NCBI RefSeq assembly: GCF_030150285.1
Contig: NZ_JASLGE010000074.1
Location: 25,721 to 89,720 of the forward strand
Length of the DNA: 64,000 bases
Origin: Pseudomonas sp.
Lineage (GTDB): Bacteria > Pseudomonadota > Gammaproteobacteria > Pseudomonadales > Pseudomonadaceae
Reading direction: 5' to 3'
Below, one piece after another: positions 10,270 to 19,389 of the stretch. The position numbers were made by a program, and so were the translations under genes. The notes below the pieces were generated by a model that was not told the origin of the DNA, made no database searches, and was given only the letters and a program-made list of their open reading frames with translations. Numbering within the stretch: position 1 is the first letter of the stretch; each line of letters starts with the position of its first letter.

Positions 10270-11685
10270 TTAATACGTTAGCGACAGTTGAGGATCATCT
10301 TGTGGCGAGGCGTACAAAATTTCTTGCAATCGCTCCCCCAGTAAGTCCCAAGCCCGTTTTTTCTCCTGCGCATAGTCATAATGCAGGTAATGCCGTCTCA
10401 CTCGAGACCCGGCCAGAACATGGTTTTGGCAGCGATCAATAACATCCAGACTAACCTCCAATGCTTGCATCATGGTAGCTCCGGTGCGTCTCATATCATG
10501 AGGTGTCCAGCATCCGTTTTGACCATTGGCGAGCACCAAGGTGTTGTCATGACAACGACGGGAGAGGGGCTTACGCAGCTTGAACTGCGCTTGCCGATCA
10601 CCAATTTGTTTGCTGACGACCTTACTGTCGACAGGCCCTTCATTATTTTTCGCCGGGAAGCACCAGGGAGTATGGCCTGTTAATTCATGCAGCTTTTTGA
10701 AGGACTCAAGCGCAAAAACTGAAAGGAATACATGGAGGTCCTGTTTTTTGCCCCGAGGGCCTTTTACATTTTCGCTGGGGATTAGCCAGGTATGGTTTTC
10801 TAGGTCAACATTCCTCCACTCAGCCTTGAGCAGTTCGCCAATGCGGCACAGGGTGGCTAAGCAGATCCATAGTGCTAGTTGCGTCTCTTTTTTCAAGGGC
10901 CGTATACCGTCATATTTTTGGCCGGCGGGTAGGGCTGCGTAATCGGCCGTCATCTCTCTGAATCTATCGCTCAGTTCAAGCAGTTCAGCCGGTGACAGGA
11001 TGCGGCTGCGTTCTGTTTCATAATCAGCGGGTATGAGATTGGCGATATCGACTAATTCAGTCGGATTGCCATCGATCATCAGAGCGCGCCAAGGCTGACG
11101 TTTGCTGGCCCACTTGAACATTTGGGTAACGTCCGCAAAAAAGCCGATCGCTTGTCGGTTGGCCTCGCGCGCAAAAATGTTGCGCAGGGCATTGCGTAAA
11201 TCATGTTCGGTAATTTCACGCAGAGGGATTTTGCCCAGTACCGGGTAAAGATCTTTGGCGAAGCGACGGCCGAGCTCGGCGTTATTATCCTTTCTGGCGA
11301 CGCCATTAAGCAGCCATTCTTGCGCGAGGTCGTATACGGTCAGCTCTTGTTTTTTTAGGGTTTCGGCCAGGGCTAATTGTTCGGCAGCTTCGGTTTTTCG
11401 TTGATGGCGATCAAAGCGTTTTTGTTCGTTGGGGTTAAGTCCAAGTGCGATGCACTGGCGTGCGTTATCCCTGATTTCGCGTATGGCTTTCAAATCTGCG
11501 CCTGGCCAAGTGCCGCACGCATGACGTGAGTACTTACCCTCCCAACGAAATTGATAGTAGAAAGACAACGAGATGCCTTTCTGTGTGAGCACCACTTTGG
11601 CAGACAGGCCACCTTCGTCCCTTATCGTTTTTCCTGCATCCGCAATTGTTAGTGCCTGGAGGTATTTGACGGTGAGTTTGGACAT
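10270..11685 (-). CDS. int: P4-like tyrosine recombinase/integrase with N-terminal arm-binding domain
   Basis: KLTVK...DEGGL N-terminus; CRIGEL, HDMRRT, QNH...RHY catalytic motifs; adjacent to the att site. Confidence 0.93.
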   Translation of the reverse strand: MSKLTVKYLQALTIADAGKTIRDEGGLSAKVVLTQKGISLSFYYQFRWEGKYSRHACGTWPGADLKAIREIRDNARQCIALGLNPNEQKRFDRHQRKTEAAEQLALAETLKKQELTVYDLAQEWLLNGVARKDNNAELGRRFAKDLYPVLGKIPLREITEHDLRNALRNIFAREANRQAIGFFADVTQMFKWASKRQPWRALMIDGNPTELVDIANLIPADYETERSRILSPAELLELSDRFREMTADYAALPAGQKYDGIRPLKKETQLALWICLATLCRIGELLKAEWRNVDLENHTWLIPSENVKGPRGKKQDLHVFLSVFALESFKKLHELTGHTPWCFPAKNNEGPVDSKVVSKQIGDRQAQFKLRKPLSRRCHDNTLVLANGQNGCWTPHDMRRTGATMMQALEVSLDVIDRCQNHVLAGSRVRRHYLHYDYAQEKKRAWDLLGERLQEILYASPQDDPQLSLTY

Positions 11686-11710
11686 GGTTTTTCTCCCGTA
11701 GACGGGACAA

Positions 11711-11734
11711 ATTTACTCCCACATTTACTCCCAC
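11711..11734. repeat. Tandem 12-bp direct repeat (ATTTACTCCCAC x2), probable integrase arm-binding sites
   Basis: Exact tandem repeat between the int start and the att core. Confidence 0.7.
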
Positions 11735-11862
11735 AAAAGCCCTGTATAGTGATGGATTTGAGTGGATGTCCTCAGATTTAAAAAGTTGCTAAAGCTTTGT
11801 ATTAAAAGGGATATAGGCAATTTTTATTCTATAGACGTCCACTGAAATATGTTGTTAAACAG

Positions 11863-11907
11863 ATGGGGTGCTAGGGGTCGAGTGTTCGAATCACTCCGTC
11901 CCGACCA
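11863..11907 (+). other. att site: 3' half of tRNA-Pro(GGG), from the anticodon loop to CCA
   Basis: ATGGGGTGCTAGGGGTCGAGTGTTCGAATCACTCCGTCCCGACCA contains anticodon GGG, T-loop GTTCGAATC and CCA end; no 5' acceptor or D-arm upstream. Confidence 0.88.
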
Positions 11908-11923
11908 TATTTTTCAATGACTT

Positions 11924-11951
11924 AGCCCAACTTTCGCGAGTTGGGCTTTTT
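11924..11951 (+). terminator. Rho-independent terminator-like hairpin after the tRNA fragment
   Basis: AGCCCAACT-ttcgcg-AGTTGGGCT followed by a T run. Confidence 0.7.
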
Positions 11952-11963
11952 CATGTCTGAGAA

Positions 11964-11987
11964 AAGACCCCTACTAAGACCCCTACT
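11964..11987. repeat. Tandem 12-bp direct repeat (AAGACCCCTACT x2), possible arm sites of a second element
   Basis: Exact tandem repeat just right of att; different sequence from the left-hand repeat. Confidence 0.6.
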
Positions 11988-12169
11988 AGCTCATGGGCTG
12001 TTATGAACTCTAGGTTCTGCCGCACTTTCGCGGTCATAGCCCCCCTGAATAGGGAGGTGAGCTGTCGATGAAGATTGATGTTGGCTGCCGTTCATCATTG
12101 AGACTTGAAGGCAGTCGTCTTGAAAATTACTATCTATTGGTAATCAGGCGCATCACATGGGAGAACCGC

Positions 12170-12433
12170 ATGTCCACCAGCGTTGTCTTGAGTCCGCACT
12201 TTGAGGCCTTTGTGCAGCAGCAGTTGGCCTCGGGGCGTTTCAACAACACCAGTGAGGTCATTCGGGCAGGCTTGCGTCTGCTGGAAGAGCAGCAGCAACA
12301 ATTCGCGACCAGGACGCTGGAGTTGAAGGCGGCCTTGGCCGAGGGCATGCAAAGCGGGCAGCCGCGACCTGCTGACGAGGTCTTCGAGGAGATCGAAGCG
12401 CAGGTGCGTGAGTTGGCCAAGTCGAGAGGCTGA
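12170..12433 (+). CDS. parD: Type II antitoxin, ParD/CC2985 (RHH) family
   Basis: MSTSVVLSPHFEAFVQQQLASGRFNNTSEVIRAGLRLLEE; GGAGA RBS before ATG 12170. Confidence 0.9.
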   Translation: MSTSVVLSPHFEAFVQQQLASGRFNNTSEVIRAGLRLLEEQQQQFATRTLELKAALAEGMQSGQPRPADEVFEEIEAQVRELAKSRG

Positions 12434-12438
12434 CGGTC

Positions 12439-12729
12439 ATGAAGTTGCAGATCTCGCCGCGTGCCGCGCGTGATTTGCAAGAGATCGCGCTGTACATCGC
12501 TCAGGACAATCCCCAGCGCGCCATGAGCTTCATCGGTGAATTGCGGGAGAGGTGTCTACGAGTGGCGGAATCGCCTTTGGCTTATCGCAGCCGTCGCGAA
12601 CTCGGTACAAATTTGCGCTCCTGCACCTACGGTCGCTACGTCTTGTTTTTTGAGTGCACTGACCAGGCTGTGACCATCGTCCGAGTGCTGCATGCGTCTC
12701 GTGATCTGCACCAACAATTCAAGGCCTGA
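12439..12729 (+). CDS. parE: Type II toxin, RelE/ParE family
   Basis: ISPRAARDLQEIALYIAQDNPQRA...YVLFF...IVRVLHASRDL. Confidence 0.9.
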   Translation: MKLQISPRAARDLQEIALYIAQDNPQRAMSFIGELRERCLRVAESPLAYRSRRELGTNLRSCTYGRYVLFFECTDQAVTIVRVLHASRDLHQQFKA

Positions 12730-12912
12730 TGAGGAAAAGGTGAGCTGCCTCACGCTGAAATTGCTATGGGGGTCACCAATTTTGTAACTCAATATGAGTT
12801 CGCTGGAACCCCTGTTGTGACCGTCGTATAAAGCGCCAATGGCAGATGTATCTTCCATCGATCGAGTGGTACCTGCAGGCGTAGCCTGGAGGCTGTCGTG
12901 CGGAGGTGTGCG

Positions 12913-13233
12913 ATGCGCAAAGTTGTCTTCTTCAGCTTCATCCTGCTGGGTGGTTGTGCGGGTTACCTGTGGGGTTTGCATGACGATTGGCCAACCCGGT
13001 TGGTGATGATGGGGGGTTCTCTCTTGGTTGCTGCTGCAATTGGTGGGGCGCTGTCTAGCGCTGGGAAGCAACGGCGTGATGCTCCTCTGCTGAAAAGAGA
13101 TGATTTCTCTCGTCTGCCAAGTGGAGCGGGCACCGATGTTGATGATCTTGTCGCCAACTATTGGCGTGACGAAGGTTACCCTCCGTTCAACAAACCCACC
13201 GAGTATGAGCATGTGTCCGGCAAGAAGACCTGA
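12913..13233 (+). CDS. Small two-TM membrane protein convergent with traG; candidate entry-exclusion protein
   Basis: GGAGG RBS, two hydrophobic helices and a charged tail; ends 35 bp from the traG stop. Confidence 0.6.
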   Translation: MRKVVFFSFILLGGCAGYLWGLHDDWPTRLVMMGGSLLVAAAIGGALSSAGKQRRDAPLLKRDDFSRLPSGAGTDVDDLVANYWRDEGYPPFNKPTEYEHVSGKKT

Positions 13234-13268
13234 CGAGACAGGTTGAGCCGCACTTGCGGGTTCTGATG

Positions 13269-15266
13269 CTATTTTTTGAATGCACCTTTCACCGCATCTT
13301 TGGCGCTATCAAAAGTGCTGCTTGCATCTTTCCCCACTTGCTTCGCCGTTTGGCCCATCAATGATTTTTCCGATGCCAACGTGCCATCTTCGTTTTGATC
13401 GAGCCGAGCCTTCGCATCGAACTGTTCGCGCTCGACTTGAGTCGCTTCCCTTAGTTGATCCGCACGCTCCTTGATGTCATGCCGCGCCGGAGAGGCCGGT
13501 AGCGTAGGTGCCTCCGGGATATCTTGTGGCGTTGAGGACACTTGGCTGCGCCCGCGGCCAAACGCGGCATCGACACTTGGATTGAGTGTGCCCACGCCCC
13601 TTTGCGCTTGGTGTTGCTCGCGGGCTTGCTCGAAGGAGTAGGGCAGAGCCGTCCCGCCAGAAATTCCCCGATTCGGCGACAGCCCTTGGCGCGCCAGTTC
13701 GGCATCCATCAGTACGCGGGCCGATGCGCTGTCGCCGCCGTACTGCTCGGCGTAACGCATGAACATCTCCCTGTTGTGCGGATCCTGGGCGATGTCGATG
13801 GCGATGGATTCGCCTTTTTCATAAGCGGCTGACATACGCTCGGCATAGGCGGAGCGTTCAGTCAGACTGGCATGGGCTTGCTCTGCATAAGACGTGGTTG
13901 CACTCAGGCGAGCGCCTATCTCGTTGGCACTGCTTGCGTCGTCACTCACCGTGGCGAAGTAGCTCTGGTCGCGCGACACCTGATCACCGAACTTTTTGAA
14001 CGCGTCCAGCTGTTCTTGACTCATGCTGGCGAGCGCTTTTTGTTCCTGCGCAGACAGCCCCGATTGGTAGGATTTGTCCGCTTTGGCATCGGCACTCAGC
14101 CCTGCGAAGGAGGATTTGATGCCGATTGATGCTGCGGCGCCGAAGGCAATGTTCGCAACTTGAGATTGGCTCAGCCCCGTATTACGCGCGATGTTCTGTG
14201 AGATCTGATCCAGCTGGCTCAGGCTCTGGCCGGTCTGTTCAAAGCTGCTGCCGCTGGTGCCAGTTGAGTGCCGGCCGCTCTTCAACGTCGTCAGCCCGCG
14301 GCTGAAGGCCTCGGTCAGCACGGCGGCCCGCTCCCGATTGGCGGTCACTGACTCGCTGTAGGCCGCGTCCACCTGGCGGCTGGCTTCGCTGACATCGTTT
14401 TCCGAGACCTTGGCCGAGACCACGCGCGAGGCGAAGCCCTGGTTGCGCAGCAGGCTGGCGGCCATGCGGCCGGTCAAGGCGTTGGCCGAGAAGGTGTTGC
14501 CGCTCAGGTCGTTCTGCCAGGTGCTCATGAAGGCGGAGCTGCGGTTCGGGGCCAGATGCACCTGATCCATGCCGACATTGCCCAGGCTGGTATTGCCAGC
14601 AGCGGCGGCGCTGGTGCCGGTCAGCATGCCCTGCAGGCCGGACAGCCCGCCGACCAGCGCCATGCCCAGATGGTCCATGCGCTTGACTGCGGCCCAGGCG
14701 ATCAACGGGATGCTCAGCACCATGTAGCCGACGATGGCCTCCCCGGAAATGCTCCGTGAATACACCGTCGAGGCGGTCTGCAGGGTCAGCCCTTTCAGGC
14801 CACCGCCCAGGTCGGCAGCGGCGGCGAGGTCGTAGGCCGCGTAGATCGTGGCCATGTAGTTGAGCACCGCATACAGCGGCGGCCACAGCTGGATCCAGAT
14901 CAGTACGCTGATATAACCCTTGAACACCAGCAGAGTCTCGCGCCCGCCGGTCAGCAGCATCAACAGCACCAGGATCGGAAACAGCGCGTACATCAGCGCT
15001 TCGATGATGTTGCGCATCATCGGCAGGGTCTGCTCGGCGATCTTGCCGGCGTTGAGCCAGGCGGCGTTCTGCTGGGCCACGGCTTGTGCCCGACCCACGG
15101 CGAGCACCATGGCCGCCGGGTCGTTGGCCTTCTGGCCGCTGATCTTGGCGCTGTCCTCGATGGCGTTGAGCACGGCGTTCTGGCGGATGATGCTCGCCGC
15201 AGTCGCTGAAGCGGTGGCGATCCGGTTCTTCAGGTAGGCCTGCTGGATCTGGGGCGCAATCACGCC
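13269..15266 (-). pseudogene. traG: F-type conjugative TraG, 5'-truncated
   Basis: TraG_N end (LPMMRNIIEALMYALFP...WIQLWPPLYAVLN) plus Ser-rich C-terminus; N-terminal region missing; abuts the S26 peptidase fragment near 15265. Confidence 0.85.
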
Positions 15267-15510
15267 CGCGCTGCCAGGGACCACGTCCGGCCTGCAGCCA
15301 GGCCACCCGATAAGGCAGGCTCGGGGTCCAGTTGAACAGCAGCGGCAGGTGTGGGGTCGGGTCGACCAGCAGGCGCAGATACGCCAGCGTCCAGATCAGC
15401 AGCAGCGGCCCGTACAGCTACCAACGCTGGCGCAGTTCGTCGCGCCAGACGTCGACGTAGCGGCGGCAGACGCCCGCCCGCGGGATGGGGCGCATCGGGA
15501 GCCGATTCAT
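15266..15510 (-). pseudogene. Conjugative S26 signal peptidase (TrhF/TraF-like) fragment
   Basis: ...RQRW*LYGPLLLIWTLAYLRLLVDPTPHLPLLFNWTPSLPYRVAWLQ...QRG; in-frame TAG at 15418-15420; truncated at the traG junction. Confidence 0.7.
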
Positions 15511-15777
15511 GGTGGCGTCACCTTGCGCTGCAGCTCGCCGGTCAGGTCGTGCAGGCGGCAACTCGTCCAGGGCCACGCTAAGCCGTTGGGCAAACGCCGT
15601 GACCTGTTCCAGCGCGGCGTCACGCTCGCGGTCCGTGCGCGCCTCGGCCACTTTCCGAGTAAACGCCGCCTCCTGCTCACGGTAGACCTCGGCAAGGTCG
15701 ATCATGCTGATGCTCAGCGCCGGTGCCACCCAGAGTCGGTGATAGAGCAGCAGCGCCACGGCCACCCACAGGTCATG
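15507..15777 (-). pseudogene. TrbI-like F-type conjugation protein remnant
   Basis: YHRLWVAPALSISMIDLAEVYREQEAAF...LDELP; the natural-looking end DLTGELQRKV is in another frame, implying an internal deletion. Confidence 0.6.
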
Positions 15778-15810
15778 GCAGCAGCCCTTGATGGCGCAGC
15801 CGCACTGTGC

Positions 15811-16074
15811 TTATCTCTTAGTCACCCGCCGAGGCAATCGCATGAAGGTGTTGGTGCACAGTAGAGTGAACTGTTGGCCGAAGAGTGCGTTGAGCGGCAA
15901 CGGGAGGTGGCCGGTCAAGACCAACACATCCCAGCGGTATAAATTGGACGGCGTTTCCGTACCCGACCAGCGTTCCGCGTGAAGTTAGTCTAGTGTTGAT
16001 TCCAGCGAGTGCAGGTGTGTGTCACTATTAATGACCGGCGCGGGTGTGCTCATCGGCTTTGATATCCATTTCAT
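15811..16074 (-). pseudogene. vgrG 5' remnant
   Basis: AGGAGG RBS, then ...THLHSLESTLD*LHAERWSGTETPSNLYRWDVLVL...LPLNALFGQQFTL, resembling VgrG N-termini; internal stop and truncation. Confidence 0.55.
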
Positions 16075-16222
16075 ACGCTTCCTCCTACGACTAAACGAAA
16101 GTTTTTGGTGCGGGCTTGTCTGGCGAAAAAAACACAGTGATTATTATCGCGCGTAGTTTCTGGTCGGGTATCGTAGTGTAATAATTGACTTCAGAATGAT
16201 TGTATCATTGGCAGGGGGTTTA

Positions 16223-17287
16223 GTGTCTGATCTTGAAATTTTATTATGTCCGATAAACAGCCTACAGAGTTCTGGGAAGGATCTTACATACTCATCTGAG
16301 TTTGATGATATACAAAAACTCCGAGAGTTTGATGATCCTACTTTAGAGCAAGGTGAGTGGGTTGCTGATCTTAAAGTTGCCAACTGGCCGGAAGTTGTTA
16401 AACGATGTTCGAAACTGTTGCGAGAGGACAGTAAAGACCTGCGTGTTGCGGGGTGGTTGACGGAGGGCTGGGTGTATACCCAAGGGTTCTCGGGGCTGGG
16501 TCAAGGTTACAATTTGATTGCAAGCTTGGTTGAGCGGTACTGGGACGACCTGTTCCCTGTCATCGAAGAGGGTGATGTCGAGCAGCGGGTTGGTTGCCTG
16601 GCGTGGGTGCTTAAGCAAAGCTTGCGTTGGGTGGGGACGGTCCCCGTGGTGGATGATGGTGTGCACTCGTACACGCTGTCTGACTATGCCGTAGCCCACC
16701 AGCGTTCTGGCGCTGCGCGTCTGGGAGATTGCGAGCATATAACACTGGAGCAAATAGAGCGTGCCAGGGCTGCTACGCCGGTTGCGTTCTATCAGCACCA
16801 ATGGCTTGCGATACAGCAAACTGGCGTTGCGCTGAGGCGCTTGGAACACGAGGTAGAGGCTCGATTGGGTGATCAGGCACCCAGGTTTGCGTCCATTCGT
16901 GAGGCGTTGGACGCAGCCGGCAGCAGTATTCAGCGGTTTGCCAAGGAGGCGGGTGTCGATGTGCGTAGCGGGGAGGCATCTGCGGTTTCAGCGTCAGAGC
17001 AGCCACCCGCAAGTCAGTTGCTGTCGCCCAGAGCCGTACCGTCTGTGATCAGTGCCCAGGCTGGTATCGCTTCGCGTGAGGAGGCACTCAGTCGGCTGCG
17101 TGAAGTAGCGCACTACTTCCGGCAGGCGGAACCCCACAGCCCGGTGGCTTATATGGCGGATCAGGCCGCGCAGTGGGGTGAAATGCCGTTGCATGAGTGG
17201 CTTAAGATTGTGCTGAAGGATGATGCTGCATTGGTTCGCCTGGAGCAGGTGCTAGGGGTGGTTAAAGTCGCCGGAAGTGGCGGCTGA
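16223..17287 (+). CDS. tssA: T6SS TssA (ImpA N-terminal domain)
   Basis: GKDLTYSSEFDDI...SKDLRVAGWL...YWDDLFP; C-terminal YFRQAEPHSPVAY. Start is GTG 16223 or ATG 16196. Confidence 0.9.
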   Translation: MSDLEILLCPINSLQSSGKDLTYSSEFDDIQKLREFDDPTLEQGEWVADLKVANWPEVVKRCSKLLREDSKDLRVAGWLTEGWVYTQGFSGLGQGYNLIASLVERYWDDLFPVIEEGDVEQRVGCLAWVLKQSLRWVGTVPVVDDGVHSYTLSDYAVAHQRSGAARLGDCEHITLEQIERARAATPVAFYQHQWLAIQQTGVALRRLEHEVEARLGDQAPRFASIREALDAAGSSIQRFAKEAGVDVRSGEASAVSASEQPPASQLLSPRAVPSVISAQAGIASREEALSRLREVAHYFRQAEPHSPVAYMADQAAQWGEMPLHEWLKIVLKDDAALVRLEQVLGVVKVAGSGG

Positions 17288-17307
17288 TCCTTCGGTTTTC
17301 TGGATGT

Positions 17308-18030
17308 TTAAGGTGAGGTGCATAAGCTTGCTGAGCCAGGAAGGTCGGCGCAAATGCGTTCGCGGCAGTGAATGCCTGCTTCGGTATTGGCGGCAGGGCA
17401 TGCATTGATCCGGTCTTGCAGGGTTTTGCGCGTAGGGGTTGGCAGGGCGGTGTCCGGGCTTTCGATGTAGTGCATCAGCGCGACCAGTACGTCGATATCG
17501 CTGGCTCGAGGCGCAGCGATGGTTTTGCTCGTGGGAGACGTAGCCGTGGTTCTCTGGACGGGCTGTGTAGGCACTGCTTTTTCGAGCTTTTCGGGTGTTG
17601 GGACGCTGGTGGCGAGAGTGTCATTGAGGTTCGCGTGCTGTTCAGGAGCCTCGCTGAAGATTTGAGCGGGCTCACTGATCGGTTGCATAGGCGGCTGCCC
17701 GGCCGTCGGCGGCGAGATGCCAGTGGTTGCTGGCGGGACGATCGCATTCCTGGCGGCAGGAGTCTGTGCGGTACTTTCAGTGGTCTGGGGGGGTGAATCC
17801 AGCACCCATGCAGACCCCGTTGCCAATGTGAGCAAGATGATGCTCAGCCAGATGAACAGTGTCTTGGCGGAGTGGCTGCTGGGCTGATCGGCAGGGTTGA
17901 TTGAGCGAATGTCGAGTGGGTTGCTGTCTTGAGTGTCCGCCAACAAGCTCGGTGCCTTTGAATGTGCGTTACTTGATGTCACAGCATCTTCTTCCGATGT
18001 TTGGCGGTGATTTCGCCAGTGAAATGGCAT
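17308..18030 (-). CDS. T6SS-associated membrane protein, TagY-like
   Basis: Single TM, Pro/Thr-rich linker, C-terminal 4-Cys domain (CPAANTEAGIHCRERIC...LC); next to the M15 peptidase as in Burkholderia T6SS-1. Confidence 0.6.
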   Translation of the reverse strand: MPFHWRNHRQTSEEDAVTSSNAHSKAPSLLADTQDSNPLDIRSINPADQPSSHSAKTLFIWLSIILLTLATGSAWVLDSPPQTTESTAQTPAARNAIVPPATTGISPPTAGQPPMQPISEPAQIFSEAPEQHANLNDTLATSVPTPEKLEKAVPTQPVQRTTATSPTSKTIAAPRASDIDVLVALMHYIESPDTALPTPTRKTLQDRINACPAANTEAGIHCRERICADLPGSASLCTSP

Positions 18031-18194
18031 GCGCTGAATGTGCGGGGTGAAAAGTTGGATGGACGCAAACTATTACCAAGAATTTAGGCGTACCTATATT
18101 TAATTTTCAATGCTGTCATTTTGCTAGTGCTTTAGGGGATGTTCACCCTTTGGCGCTGGAGTTCGTAATTTTTTTGAGGTGGGTTGTATACTTC

Positions 18195-19055
18195 ATGCTA
18201 TTAATCGTGGTTTCTTGCTTGGCTGCAAGTGCGTTTTTTTATTTGTGGTGGTTGTTATTCCCTGAGCGCGTATCGGTTTATCGGAAGTCAATGGCTGGCT
18301 TCTTTAAGTTGTGTAGGAAGTTTCTCCTTGTATGGTTTGGAAGTTCTGTTGCTGTCTCGAACAGTAGCGTTGTTCGTCTTGGCGTTGGTTGTCGGCGTTG
18401 GTTATCGCCGCTGGCTCATTATCAGCGCCTCTTATGGCTGATGCTGCTCCTGTTGCTGATGCCGCCAGTATTGGTATTCAGCTTACGGGGAACGGTGGAG
18501 CTCGAAGGGTACGGTCGTGATGTTCATCGTGGAGTGGCACCCAGTTTGATTGCAGAGCTGTTGCGGGGGGAACGGTTAGTACCGCCCCGCGCGCTGCCGC
18601 CGGAGGTGTTCACTTCACGAGAGGTGGAGCGAATTCGACCTCGCACCGGTGCGGCTGACCGGTCCTGGGACAAGATGGGCACCGATTTCGTACAGCGTTT
18701 GCTGGTGGTCTACAAGGTGATGCTGGAGCGTCACGGCTACGAAATGGTGTTGCTTGAGGGCTATCGCAGTCCAGAGCGTCAAAACGATCTTGGCCTCTTG
18801 CCCGGTACGACCAATGCCAAGGCTTGGCAGAGCTACCACCAATACGGCCTGGCGGCGGACAGCGCATTTTTGCGCGAGGGTAAGTTGGTGATTACCGAGA
18901 AAGACCCCTGGGCCATGCGCGGTTACGAGTTGTACGGGCAGGTGGCTGAAGAGTTGGGTTTGACTTGGGGCGGCCGTTGGAAGTTGATGGATTTTGGGCA
19001 TGTGGAACTGCGCAGTGCTGGCCGCGTGCCGTCATTGGCCCGATCTACGCCTTAA
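18195..19055 (+). CDS. tagX: Membrane-anchored M15 peptidoglycan peptidase, TagX-like
   Basis: Two TM segments; EGYRSPERQ, SYHQYGLAAD, WGGRW...DFGHVE motifs. Confidence 0.85.
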   Translation: MLLIVVSCLAASAFFYLWWLLFPERVSVYRKSMAGFFKLCRKFLLVWFGSSVAVSNSSVVRLGVGCRRWLSPLAHYQRLLWLMLLLLLMPPVLVFSLRGTVELEGYGRDVHRGVAPSLIAELLRGERLVPPRALPPEVFTSREVERIRPRTGAADRSWDKMGTDFVQRLLVVYKVMLERHGYEMVLLEGYRSPERQNDLGLLPGTTNAKAWQSYHQYGLAADSAFLREGKLVITEKDPWAMRGYELYGQVAEELGLTWGGRWKLMDFGHVELRSAGRVPSLARSTP

Positions 19056-19101
19056 CCCCTGAGCAGATGCACGACTGCAAAGGCACACTTGGAGAACGAA
19101 G

Positions 19102-19362
19102 ATGACGCGACCTTTGATTGTAAAAGGGGATATGACCAGTCACGGCGGGATGGTGATGGAGGCTAGTGACCATTCGACGATCAACGACAAGGGCATTGCC
19201 CGCGTCGGCGATCTGGTGGCTTGCCTCGTCCATGGGCCCACGGTGATTGCGACGGGGGATGCTGACTATGAGGTGGACGGTAAAGCGTCAGCTCGAGACG
19301 GTGATGTCACTTCGTGTGGTGCCGTGTTAATCGCAGGCCAATCCACAACATACAGGCCGTAA
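19102..19362 (+). CDS. PAAR domain protein
   Basis: GDMTSHGG, IARVGD..C.VHG, ARDGDVTSCGAVLI. Confidence 0.9.
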   Translation: MTRPLIVKGDMTSHGGMVMEASDHSTINDKGIARVGDLVACLVHGPTVIATGDADYEVDGKASARDGDVTSCGAVLIAGQSTTYRP

Positions 19363-19389
19363 ATGTAGGGCTAGCAGGAATGGAATCTG

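Larger units (their letters stand above)
1..11907. mobile_element. Integrative defence island inserted at tRNA-Pro(GGG); right end only (left boundary outside the window)
   Basis: Integrase, arm-type repeats and a tRNA 3'-half duplication at the right end; the cargo is defence genes. Confidence 0.8.

Noticed and set aside
11830..11907. Complete tRNA-Pro gene
   Set aside because: Only the anticodon-to-CCA half is present; the upstream sequence cannot form the acceptor or D stems, so it is an att duplication.
14239..15306. 355-aa Arg-rich ORF
   Set aside because: Alternative frame over traG, continuing from the broken S26 peptidase; a by-product of the deletion.
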